In this document: positions 1 to 8,955 of the stretch, piece after piece
How positions within the stretch are numbered: position 1 is the first letter of the stretch
Layout of the letters: each line of letters starts with the position of its first letter
DNA from: an uncultured Fibrobacteria bacterium
Lineage (GTDB): Bacteria; Fibrobacterota; Fibrobacteria; UBA11236
Direction: 5' to 3'
DNA: 64,000 bases
Assembly: GCA_963716395.1 (NCBI GenBank)
Contig: OY970309.1
Location: forward strand, 2,720,001 to 2,784,000
Made by a program: the position numbers and the translations under genes
Notes under the pieces: generated by a model
What the model saw: the letters and a program-made list of their open reading frames with translations, nothing else
Database searches by the model: none
What the model was told of the DNA's origin: nothing

Positions 1-465
1 GCGGCCGGGGGTACACTGGCGACTTCGGGCCTGGGCGACTTCACCGCGGCCGGAGGCCTGGATCTTTTCGGGCTCGACGTCGGCGTGTTGGTGCCCGCGG
101 CTTTGGGCCAGGCGCTGCATGCCGGCAACATGCGCGCGGTGCGGGCGCGTTATATCGTCGAAGGCGCCAACGCGCCGCTCACGCCTGAAGCGGACGCGCA
201 TCTGCACGCGCAGGGCGTGGTCATCGTGCCCGACATTCTCGCCAATGCCGGCGGCGTGATCGGGTCGTACTTCGAGTGGGCCCAGAACATCCAGGTGCAT
301 CCCTGGAAAGACACCGAAACCAGGGTTGAACTCGAACGCTTCCTCACCGCGGCCCTGCAAGCGGTGGTGGCCGCGGCCCGCCGCTATGGAATCTCCTACC
401 GCGACGCCGCCTTTTCGGTAGGCGTCGAGCGCGTGTACCAGGCCGCGCTGGCGCGCGGGCATTGA
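1..465 (+). CDS. Glu/Leu/Phe/Val dehydrogenase, C-terminal part (5' end outside window)
   Basis: Frame is open from base 1; motifs EGANAP and PDILANAGGVIGSYFEW are typical of glutamate dehydrogenase. Confidence 0.85.
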   Translation, partial: AAGGTLATSGLGDFTAAGGLDLFGLDVGVLVPAALGQALHAGNMRAVRARYIVEGANAPLTPEADAHLHAQGVVIVPDILANAGGVIGSYFEWAQNIQVHPWKDTETRVELERFLTAALQAVVAAARRYGISYRDAAFSVGVERVYQAALARGH

Positions 466-487
466 ACCGTATCCTTGCAGTGACGGG

Positions 488-1066
488 TTACAGCAGGTAG
501 AACAGCGAGAGCGAAGCGGTGATCAGTTCGGATTGATGGTAGCCGGGCGGATGCCCGGTGAAGTAGTGTCCCAAGGTCAAATTGGCGTCGAACCCCCAGG
601 GACCGGCCGGGGCTGGCATCCAGTATTTGCCCAAAGCCATCCGCACTTGCGGGCGCAATCCGGTGCGCGGTTCGGACTCTCCGAACAGCACCTGTTCGAA
701 GGAGAGAAATTCGTAGCTGGGAAAGGCCCCGATTCCCACGTCGACGTATTCGGAATTGCGGGTCGATAGGTGGTCTTCGGAGGCCAGCCACAGCTTGCGT
801 ATATGGGCGTCGAACTCGGGAATGGCGTCATAGGCGACGTTGCCGTTCCAATACCAACTGCGGATTTCGAATCCCGCCTGCCACGAGCGCCGGAACTCGC
901 GATACAGAGCGAGTTGCGGGCAAAGATACCAGGTCAGTCCCGCCGAAGCCAAGGTTTGGGGATGAAACTGGAAGTCGGGCGGCGGGGCGTCGAGATAACC
1001 GCCGGCCGAAGCACCCAGCGCGACGGCCGCCAGCCACGCGGCGGCCCGCCGCAGCGCCGAACTCAG
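488..1066 (-). CDS. Hypothetical exported, possibly outer-membrane, protein
   Basis: ORF 488-952 stays open upstream into a signal-peptide-like stretch (LSSALRRAAAWLAAVALGASAG); a CTG at 1066 overlaps the pyrD stop; aromatic alternating C-terminus. Start uncertain. Confidence 0.5.
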   Translation of the reverse strand: MSSALRRAAAWLAAVALGASAGGYLDAPPPDFQFHPQTLASAGLTWYLCPQLALYREFRRSWQAGFEIRSWYWNGNVAYDAIPEFDAHIRKLWLASEDHLSTRNSEYVDVGIGAFPSYEFLSFEQVLFGESEPRTGLRPQVRMALGKYWMPAPAGPWGFDANLTLGHYFTGHPPGYHQSELITASLSLFYLL

Positions 1067-2289
1067 GAAATTTTCCAGGGCGCGTACCCGTCGAGCGCGG
1101 GCACGCCATGCGCTTTCATGGCCGCCAGCAGTTCGCAGTTCATCTTCGCCGCCGCGCTCCAGCGATAGGCCAGCACGGTATACGCCTGCACGGCATCAGC
1201 GCCGGCCGCCAGCAGGTCGAATACCTTGGCGCCATGATCGATGCCGCCGCAGGCGAACAGGGCCAGGTGGGGCAATTGCCGGCGGATGAAGCGCACGGCC
1301 GGCAAGGTGTTCTGGTAGAGAATGCGGCCCGAGATGCCACCCAAGGCGCCGTCGGCCGCCAACGGTTTGAGCTCGTCCGTCGGCGTGGCCATGCGCAGAA
1401 ACTTGCTGCGGCTGCCGGGAAAGGTGTTGAACAGCACCAAACCCGACACACCCGCGTCGGCGACGGTTTGCAAAACCGCATCCAGCGACTTGGCGCTGAG
1501 ATCCGGAGACAGTTTGACGAGTACGGCTTTGCGCGGCACCAGATTGCGCCGCACCTCCATGACATGTGCGAGAATGCGGCCGAGCAGCCCGACGTCGGTG
1601 TCGAGGCGCGCGCTCCCGGTGTTGGGGCAGCTCAAATTGATTTCCACATAATCGGCGGCGCCGTATGCGTGGCGGAAAACGGTTTCGACCTCGGTGAGAA
1701 TTTGCTCTTCGTCCTCCACGCCCGGGGTGTCGGCCACGCTGATGCCCAGCGCAAGCTTGCGGCGGTGGCACGCGCCCAGGGCCCGGTCGACTTCGCGGGC
1801 GATGTGTTCGATGCCGGGATTGTTGAGACCCAGCGAATTCTGCATGGCCCGATCACGCGGCAAGAGCCGCAGCCGCGGCCGAAAGGGATTGCCCGCCCAA
1901 GGCTGCACGGTGGCCGAACCCACGGTGATGCCCCCGAAGCCGAGATCGGCGAAGGCCGGCAGATTCTCGGCGCTTTTGTTGCCGCCGGCGGCCAGGAAGA
2001 TTGGGTTGGCCGCTATCAGCGGCACGCTGCGATCGTGGAAGCGAATGGTTTTTTCCAACGCCGGCGATACGGCCGTATGCGGCGGCACCCGGGAACGCGC
2101 CCGGGCGTAACGCGCCAGCCAATGGTGGCGGGCCTCGGCGTTGGGTACCAGCCATTTGACCAGATCGAGGAAGCGATCCCCGACCGTGGTTTGGTAGTCG
2201 TGGGATTGGATGGAATCGGCTTCGGGGCGGGTGAATTCGGTCATCGATTCCGAAACCGAGGAAGCCGGGGTAAACGGGGCCACGGCCAT
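1063..2289 (-). CDS. pyrD: Dihydroorotate dehydrogenase
   Basis: NPIFLAAG, GFGGITVGS, NSLGLNNPG, EINLSCPNT, VKLSPDL, GGISG motifs. Confidence 0.8.
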   Translation of the reverse strand: MAVAPFTPASSVSESMTEFTRPEADSIQSHDYQTTVGDRFLDLVKWLVPNAEARHHWLARYARARSRVPPHTAVSPALEKTIRFHDRSVPLIAANPIFLAAGGNKSAENLPAFADLGFGGITVGSATVQPWAGNPFRPRLRLLPRDRAMQNSLGLNNPGIEHIAREVDRALGACHRRKLALGISVADTPGVEDEEQILTEVETVFRHAYGAADYVEINLSCPNTGSARLDTDVGLLGRILAHVMEVRRNLVPRKAVLVKLSPDLSAKSLDAVLQTVADAGVSGLVLFNTFPGSRSKFLRMATPTDELKPLAADGALGGISGRILYQNTLPAVRFIRRQLPHLALFACGGIDHGAKVFDLLAAGADAVQAYTVLAYRWSAAAKMNCELLAAMKAHGVPALDGYAPWKIS

Positions 2290-2360
2290 AAGTTAACAAA
2301 CCCCCAGGTAACCAACGCGGAACCCCCTCGCGGCGGGAGGGCGCTGGTTTTACCCGTTCT

Positions 2361-4625
2361 TCACGCCTCTTTGTCCCCTTCGCCTTCCATAAGATTCAAG
2401 GCGCTGCCGGCTTTGAACCATTCGATTTGTTCGGCATTGAAGGTGTGGCTGACCGCGAAGGTTTCCACGGAGCCGTCGGCATGGCGCAACGCGACGGTGA
2501 GGTTTTTGCCGGGCGCAAAGGCCGCGAGGCCGGTGATGTCGACCACGTCGTCTTCGCGCACCTTGTCGTAGTCGGCGGGATCGGTGAAACGCAGCGGCAA
2601 GAGTCCCTGCTTTTTGAGATTGGTTTCGTGGATGCGCGCCAAGCTTTTGGCGATCACGGCCTTGCATCCCAGCCAGCGCGGCGACATGGCCGCGTGCTCG
2701 CGGCTCGACCCTTCGCCGTAATTCTCTTCGCCGAACGCCACCCAGCCGATGCCCCGGGCTTTGTAATCGCGGGCGATGGCCGCGAAGGGTTGATCCGCGG
2801 CGCCGCTGGCGGCGTTTTTGCCGGTGCCGATGGCGCCGCCAAAGGCGTTGGTGGCGCCCAGAAACATGTTGTCGGATATTTTGTCGAGGTGGCCGCGGAA
2901 GGTCAGCCATTTCCCGGCGGGTGAAATGTGATCGGTGGTGCACTTTCCTTGCGCTTTGACGAGCACGCGGCACCCGGTGAAGTCCCGACCGTCCCAGGCG
3001 GCGAAGGGTTGCAGCAATTGCAGGCGCGGGCTGTGCGGGTCGACCCGCACTTCGACGCCGGCGCCGTCTGCGGCGGGCGGGACAAAGCCGGAGTCGTTGA
3101 AGGCGAAGCCTAGGGGCGGCAGGGCGGCGCCCTCGGGCGGAGTCAATTTGTACGCGGCGCCGTCGGCTCCGGCCAAGGTGTCGGTGAGCGGGTTGAACTT
3201 GAGCGTGCCGGCCAGCGCCAGGGCTGTGACCAGTTCGGGCGAGGCGATGAAGGCCAGGGTTTCGGCGTTGCCGTCGTTGCGGCCGCGAAAGTTGCGGTTG
3301 AACGAAGTGAGAATGGAGTTGCGGGTTCCGGCGGTCGCATCGGTGCGATGCCATTGCCCGATGCAGGGGCCGCAGGCGTTGGCCATCACCGTGGCGCCCA
3401 GCGCGTCCAGCGCGGCCAGGTAACCGTCGCGCTTCGCCGTGTCGAACACCTGTTCCGATCCCGGGCTGACGAAGAAGGGCGTGCGCGCCCGCGCGCCGTG
3501 ATCCAAGGCCTGGCGGGCCACCGATGCCGCGCGGCCCACGTCTTCGTAGGAAGAGTTGGTGCACGAGCCGATGAGGGCGGCCGACAGTTCGGCCGGATAG
3601 CCTTCGCGCTCGATTTCCTCTTTAAAGTGGGAGATGGGGCGCGCCTTGTCGGGCGAGTGCGGGCCGACCACATAAGGCTCCAGGGCGTCGAGATCGATGT
3701 CGATCACCTCGTCGAAATACTTGGCCGGTTCTTTTTCGATTTCGGGGTCGGGGCGCAGAAACGCGGCGTAGCGGTCGGCGAGATCGGCGGTATCGGCGCG
3801 GCGCGTGGCGCGCAGATACGCGCCCATGCCCGCGTGGTAGGGGAACAGCGAACAGGTGGCCCCCAATTCGGCGCCCATGTTGGCGATGGTGGCCTGGGCC
3901 GTGCACGACAGGCTTTCGACGCCGGGCCCGAAGTACTCGATGATTTTATTGGTGCCGCCTTTGACGGTCAGGATTTCCAGCAGTTTCAGGATGATGTCTT
4001 TGCCCGCGGTCCAGCCGCCGAGTTGGCCGGTGAGCCGCACCCCGGCGACCTTGGGATACAGCACTTCCCACGGCATGCCCACCATCACGTCGACGGCGTC
4101 GGAACCGCCCACGCCGATGGCCGCCATGCCCAGTCCGCCGGCATTGGGCGTATGCGAATCGGTGCCGATCATCAGGCCGCCGGGAAAGGCGTAATTCTCC
4201 AGCACCACCTGGTGGATGATGCCCGATCCGGGCTTCCAGAAGCCCATGCCGTATTTGCGCGCCGCCGAACTCAGGAAAGCGAAGACCTCTTGGTTGGCGT
4301 GGCCCGCGGTTTCCAGATCGCGCGCCGCGCCGTCTTGCGCGAGGATGAGGTGATCGCAATGCACGGTGGTGGGCACGGCTACATGCGCCTTGCCGGCCTG
4401 CATGAATTGCAGAATGGCCATTTGTGCGGTGGCGTCTTGCATGGCCACGCGGTCGGGATGGAGTAGGGCAAAGGATTTGCCGCGTTCCAGGCGCCCCTGG
4501 CGCGGGTCGTGTAGATGCGACCAGAGAATTTTCTCGGCCAGGGTCAGCGGGCGCCCCAAAACGCGGCGGGCATAGGCGTGTTTTTCCGCCAATCCCGGAT
4601 AGAAGGTTGCGACATCGATGCCCAT
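2361..4625 (-). CDS. acnA: Aconitate hydratase (mitochondrial/Bacteroidetes type)
   Basis: [57 protein letters not shown]; 754 aa. Confidence 0.95.
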   Translation of the reverse strand: MGIDVATFYPGLAEKHAYARRVLGRPLTLAEKILWSHLHDPRQGRLERGKSFALLHPDRVAMQDATAQMAILQFMQAGKAHVAVPTTVHCDHLILAQDGAARDLETAGHANQEVFAFLSSAARKYGMGFWKPGSGIIHQVVLENYAFPGGLMIGTDSHTPNAGGLGMAAIGVGGSDAVDVMVGMPWEVLYPKVAGVRLTGQLGGWTAGKDIILKLLEILTVKGGTNKIIEYFGPGVESLSCTAQATIANMGAELGATCSLFPYHAGMGAYLRATRRADTADLADRYAAFLRPDPEIEKEPAKYFDEVIDIDLDALEPYVVGPHSPDKARPISHFKEEIEREGYPAELSAALIGSCTNSSYEDVGRAASVARQALDHGARARTPFFVSPGSEQVFDTAKRDGYLAALDALGATVMANACGPCIGQWHRTDATAGTRNSILTSFNRNFRGRNDGNAETLAFIASPELVTALALAGTLKFNPLTDTLAGADGAAYKLTPPEGAALPPLGFAFNDSGFVPPAADGAGVEVRVDPHSPRLQLLQPFAAWDGRDFTGCRVLVKAQGKCTTDHISPAGKWLTFRGHLDKISDNMFLGATNAFGGAIGTGKNAASGAADQPFAAIARDYKARGIGWVAFGEENYGEGSSREHAAMSPRWLGCKAVIAKSLARIHETNLKKQGLLPLRFTDPADYDKVREDDVVDITGLAAFAPGKNLTVALRHADGSVETFAVSHTFNAEQIEWFKAGSALNLMEGEGDKEA

Positions 4626-4675
4626 GGTGTCCGCCTCTCGTAGGCTCCAAGCCTAGCTTTTTGCCCGCGCTCCCA

Positions 4676-6538
4676 TCAACGCGGCGATGCCGCCGGAGAG
4701 TCGACCCAGTGCGCGAAGCGCGCGGCCAGATCTTCGAACGAAGCTCCCGACCCGGTGTCGGCGATGGTTTCGGCGCCGTGCGCGATGCGAATCCGGGCGT
4801 CCAAATCCACCGCGCCGGAAAAGCCCCGCGATCCGCCGGCACGCTCCACGGCCCGCTGCGCCTCGGCCTCGGCTTCGGCCAAAGGCTGTCCGACTTCGGC
4901 GGCCGTGGCTTCGGCCGAAAACGGCGCGCCGGTCAGGCCTTCGATCAAGGCAAAAAAAGTTTGGGAATTTCCCGGTTGCCAATAATGCGCGCACAAGTCC
5001 CGGCCCACCGCGGGGTTGTCGGCGATGGCGCCGTCGCGCCGGAGAAAAAAGCGCCGCGTCTGGTTCACGGCCATTTCGGCCAGCACGTAACCGTGGTAAT
5101 ACGCCGACGATTCCCAGGCCAGAAGATGGGGCACGCTCAGCACGGGCCGCACGCCGGTTTCCAAAAACTGGAGTTGCCGTTCGACATCGGCGCAGGCGCG
5201 CCGCGCGTTTTCCGGCGTCAAGGAATGGTCGGGCAATTCGTACAGGGCGCGTTCGGCGAAGGGCACGGTGAGCAGGGCGCGCAGGTGAAACGCACGCAAG
5301 GGATGTTTCAGGCGCAGGCTCTCCAGCATCAATGCGGCCGGCAGGGGCTGGCCCGCGGCGTCGAGGGCGTAACGGACCAGCCACTCGGGCGATTCGACCA
5401 AGCGATCCAGGAACATGCTCTGGGTTTCGGCGAAGGCCACCGAAGTGGGCGCATATTCCTGCCCGAAGCAGGGCGCGGGCATGGCGACATTGCTGAAATG
5501 CGCCGCGTGCCCGCCTTCGTGAAACAAGGTTTCGGTGGCGCGCTGCCCCGATCCGATTTGTCCGGGAATGGCGTTGGCGGTGAACCGGATTTGGGCGGGA
5601 TGGAAGCGCCCGTTTTCGACCCAGGCCGGAACCGGGCCGTGCATGAAGCCGTTTTCGTATTTGCCCCGGCGGTCGAGCAAATCCAGCGTCAAGCCGGCGC
5701 CGCGGTAACGGATGCCTAGGGCGGCAAAGCTGCGGCCCCAGCGCAAGAGGGAAGAGCCGAAGTCGAAATACGGATCGAGCTTGTGCGTGACATCGCCCGC
5801 GGCCAAGTACATGAAGTTGTGCCCCTGGCGCGCGGCCGCACCGTAGCGCGCTTCCAGGTCGGCCACGGCCTTTTGCGCCGGGGCGCGCGTGCTGCGTTCG
5901 AGATCTTCCAGCACGGAAAAAAGTTTGCGTTTGGAATAGCCTTCCTGGCGCGATACCTTGAAGTCGTAATAGTCCTCGTACCCCAAGAGTCGGGCCAGAC
6001 GGTTGCGGCCGCGCACGAGTTCGAGAAAGCCGTGTTCCAGCACATGCCCTTCGATGCTTTTCAACCCTTGATACGCGGCGCGGCGCAAGGCTTCGTCGGG
6101 CGCCGTGCGCACCAGCAGGCCCAGTTTCACCGAGCTGGCACGGGTAAAGGCGCCGGCGGCGGGATCGCGGTAACCCAATTCCATGGCGCTGCGCGCCGCC
6201 TGCAAACGAGTTTCCTGATCCACCATGCTTTGATGCAAGGCCCGGGCTTCGAGGTTCTCCATGGCATGGGCCGCGAAAAAACGCATCCATCCCTGCAAGG
6301 CCAGGGTCGTGTCGGCGTCAAGACCTGGGTCGGCGGCCGCGCGCCGCAACAGAGGCAATGAATCCGCGTCGGCGGCGAAGGCGTGCCAGGCTTTTTCTTG
6401 GGCGGGAAAGGCCGCAGGGTCGACGCCGGGCAGGCCCATTTTGGCGGCCCAAAAGGCGTCTTCTTTTTCCCGGTGCACGCGGAGAAAGCGCTCGTTGAGA
6501 TCGCGCAGCAAGGTCCGCGCGGGCAGAGGATGGGACAT
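4676..6538 (-). CDS. M3-family zinc metallopeptidase
   Basis: TLFHEGGHAAH zinc motif, downstream AETQSMF, YYHGYVLAE; start at 6538 or 6571. Confidence 0.85.
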   Translation of the reverse strand: MSHPLPARTLLRDLNERFLRVHREKEDAFWAAKMGLPGVDPAAFPAQEKAWHAFAADADSLPLLRRAAADPGLDADTTLALQGWMRFFAAHAMENLEARALHQSMVDQETRLQAARSAMELGYRDPAAGAFTRASSVKLGLLVRTAPDEALRRAAYQGLKSIEGHVLEHGFLELVRGRNRLARLLGYEDYYDFKVSRQEGYSKRKLFSVLEDLERSTRAPAQKAVADLEARYGAAARQGHNFMYLAAGDVTHKLDPYFDFGSSLLRWGRSFAALGIRYRGAGLTLDLLDRRGKYENGFMHGPVPAWVENGRFHPAQIRFTANAIPGQIGSGQRATETLFHEGGHAAHFSNVAMPAPCFGQEYAPTSVAFAETQSMFLDRLVESPEWLVRYALDAAGQPLPAALMLESLRLKHPLRAFHLRALLTVPFAERALYELPDHSLTPENARRACADVERQLQFLETGVRPVLSVPHLLAWESSAYYHGYVLAEMAVNQTRRFFLRRDGAIADNPAVGRDLCAHYWQPGNSQTFFALIEGLTGAPFSAEATAAEVGQPLAEAEAEAQRAVERAGGSRGFSGAVDLDARIRIAHGAETIADTGSGASFEDLAARFAHWVDSPAASPR

Positions 6539-6592
6539 GGAGGGAAAATAACCGCTTGCAGGATTTTGCACCCGGCATCGCCGGGGCGGCGG

Positions 6593-6955
6593 TCAGCGGG
6601 AAATTTCGAGTGCCGCCGAAGCGTGCGCAGCTTGCAGGGGTGCCGTCAGGGCCGTGCCAGCGAACCACGATTGCAGGGCTGCGGGCAGGTTGACCACCAC
6701 CATGCGCTTCCCCAGCGCTTCGATTTGCCTTTGCAGGTGTAACAGCATGCCGACGGCCTGGGCGTCGAGGCTGCGGCAGCCTTCCAAGCTGAGTTCCAGC
6801 TTACTGTGCAGGTCGGACAAGGCCTGGGTGAAAAGCCGGCCGAGCTTGGCCGCATTGGCGCCCGCCCAATGCCCGCTCAAATGCAGCACGGCGCCGCGCG
6901 CGTCGAGGTCGAGCACGCAATGGGTATCGCCCAGGTTTACGTCGATGGCCGCCAT
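6593..6955 (-). CDS. STAS-domain (anti-anti-sigma-like) protein, 120 aa
   Basis: C-terminal part of ORF 6593-8269 from the ATG at 6955; LSLEGCRSLDAQAVGMLL STAS pattern. Confidence 0.7.
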   Translation of the reverse strand: MAAIDVNLGDTHCVLDLDARGAVLHLSGHWAGANAAKLGRLFTQALSDLHSKLELSLEGCRSLDAQAVGMLLHLQRQIEALGKRMVVVNLPAALQSWFAGTALTAPLQAAHASAALEISR

Positions 6956-6970
6956 ATCCCGATCGTAAAA

Positions 6971-7113
6971 CCCGGCGGCCCCGGCGCGCAATCCTAATGG
7001 TACTGGGTAAGAGGTACCGGGCAAGACGGGGCGCCTCGCGCGCCTCCCGCCATCCACCCGCTCCGGAGACGGCGTCGGTTCTACCTTTGTGACCCGCTTC
7101 GAACCACCGTGGG
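6971..7113 (-). ncRNA. ssrS: Probable 6S RNA
   Basis: On the minus strand the ends pair (CCC..GGUGGUUC / GGGCCGCC-GGG, with G-U pairs possible only on this strand) around a central bubble. The 5' arm GUUCGAAGCGGGUCA...GAACCGAC resembles E. coli 6S GUUCGCAAGCGGGCCA...GAGCCGAU as recalled. No covariance model was run. Confidence 0.55.
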
Positions 7114-7126
7114 CGCGGGAGAATAC

Positions 7127-7816
7127 ATGCAGCCTGACAAAATCGAGTTCATCCGCTTCATGCTCGCCTGCGGGGCCTTGAAATTCGGGGACTTCACCAC
7201 CAAAAGCGGGCGGCAAACGCCCTATTTCATCAATACCGGCGCCTACCAGCGCGCCTCGCAGCTCGAACGGCTGGGCGAATTCTATGCCGGTGCGCTGTGC
7301 GCCGCACAGGGCCGCGAGGTCGACAACCTGTTCGGACCGGCGTATAAAGGCATTCCCCTGGCGGTGGCCACGGCCCTGGCTTTGCGTCGGAACTTCGACC
7401 TGGATGTCACCTATACCTTCAACCGCAAAGAGGCCAAGGATCACGGCGAAGGCGGCCGGCTGATCGGTTTCGAGTACGCACAGTGGCAGGGCGCGAAGCC
7501 GTGCCGGGTGATGTTGATCGAAGACGTGACCACGGCCGGCACCTCGGTGCGCGAGTCGCTGCCCGGGATCGAAGGCGGCGGCCGGGCCGAGGTGGTGGGC
7601 CTGGTGGTCTCGGTGGACCGCATGGAGCGCGGCCGCGGAACCCGTTCGGCGCTGGCCGAGATCCGCGAGGAATTCGGCATCGCCACCACGGCCATCGCCG
7701 CCTTTTCGGATTTGCTCGCCTTTCTGCAGAGCTCCGAGGGCGCGGCCTACGCCGAGGCCGATCCCCGCCTGGTCGCGCGCATGCGCGCGTATCACGAACG
7801 TTACGGGGCGGCGTGA
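7127..7816 (+). CDS. pyrE: Orotate phosphoribosyltransferase
   Basis: FGDFTTKSGR, FGPAYKGIP, FNRKEAKDHGEGG, IEDVTTAGTS; GGGAGA RBS. Confidence 0.95.
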   Translation: MQPDKIEFIRFMLACGALKFGDFTTKSGRQTPYFINTGAYQRASQLERLGEFYAGALCAAQGREVDNLFGPAYKGIPLAVATALALRRNFDLDVTYTFNRKEAKDHGEGGRLIGFEYAQWQGAKPCRVMLIEDVTTAGTSVRESLPGIEGGGRAEVVGLVVSVDRMERGRGTRSALAEIREEFGIATTAIAAFSDLLAFLQSSEGAAYAEADPRLVARMRAYHERYGAA

Positions 7817-7827
7817 GGGGGAGCCCT

Positions 7828-8730
7828 TCACCCTCTCCACCCCAGCAGCACCACGCCCGCCAGCGCCGCGACCCCGCCCCCCAGTGCGCGGGCCGGAAGC
7901 CGCGTGCCGTAGCGCCAGGCCCCGAGCGGCAGCACCAGGAGGGGCGTCATGAAAATTATCGTCGTCACGATTCCCGCCGGGGTATCGCGCAGCGCGATGA
8001 CGAAGCATAGCATGCCGCCCACGGGCCCGAAAGCAACGCCGGCCGCCAGCCGGGACATCGTCCCGGGCGTGCGTGCACGGCGCAGGATGGCCCCGAGCTT
8101 GCCGCTCAAAGCGGCCGCGAGCGTCACGACCACGGCTGCGGTCACGATGCGCAGAGCGGCCGCGGTCAAAGGCGGAAAATCGTTTGCGCGCAAAAAAGCC
8201 TCCCGGGCCAGCACCGCACCCACGCCCTGGCATACCGCAGCGATGACGCCGTTGCCCGCCCCGGTCCACAATCGGGCGCCTTTTTTCCGCTGTGCCGGCC
8301 AGGCGGCCAGGGCCACGCCACCGAGCACCAACGCCATGCCTCCGAGTTGCCCCGGCGACAGGCGTTCGCGCAAAAAAATCCAGGCCATGAACGCGGTGCA
8401 GGCCGGAGCCAGCGACAGGACCAGCGAGGTGCGTTCCGGTCCCGCGGTGGACAGCGCGCGATAAAAGAAATAGTCGCCGAGCGCCAGGCCCGCCACGCCC
8501 GACGCCGCCAGCAGCAACGCGGGTTCAAGCCGGGGTAGGGCCGCGGGCCGCAGCCACCATTGCAGCGCGCACAGGACGAGGTAAATCGACGAAGCCAGCA
8601 GCAGCCGCCAGACGTTGTTGGCAAAGGGACCGATGCGGCGGCTCGAGGCGGCGAAGAAGAACGGGGGAAAAGACCACAGCCCCATCGTCGCCAGGGCGAA
8701 GAAAATTCCGCGGTGAAATTCCACCATCAT
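7828..8730 (-). CDS. DMT/EamA-family transporter
   Basis: About 10 hydrophobic helices; FLRERL..G motif; two-repeat layout. Confidence 0.85.
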   Translation of the reverse strand: MMVEFHRGIFFALATMGLWSFPPFFFAASSRRIGPFANNVWRLLLASSIYLVLCALQWWLRPAALPRLEPALLLAASGVAGLALGDYFFYRALSTAGPERTSLVLSLAPACTAFMAWIFLRERLSPGQLGGMALVLGGVALAAWPAQRKKGARLWTGAGNGVIAAVCQGVGAVLAREAFLRANDFPPLTAAALRIVTAAVVVTLAAALSGKLGAILRRARTPGTMSRLAAGVAFGPVGGMLCFVIALRDTPAGIVTTIIFMTPLLVLPLGAWRYGTRLPARALGGGVAALAGVVLLGWRG

Positions 8731-8955
8731 CGATGGTTTCTATTTCCGAGACAGCGGTATGGGCGATTCTGGCCGAATCGGGCCCAACGATCGCGGACGG
8801 AGTGGCGGACCATTGGGAAAATGTGTTTAAATTGCGGTGGCGCAAAGGGGAGTTCCCGCAGCCGCCGGCTTCGATCGGCATGTGGCGGTCGGGATGAATA
8901 TGATTTCGGCGCACGCGCTTTTTCGCTTGCGCTCACACCGAGGCGCGAACGGGAA

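Noticed and set aside
6960-7126. PyrR attenuator or tRNA upstream of pyrE
   Set aside because: No PyrR-binding consensus or U-tract terminator; the GGTTCGAA is not within a cloverleaf
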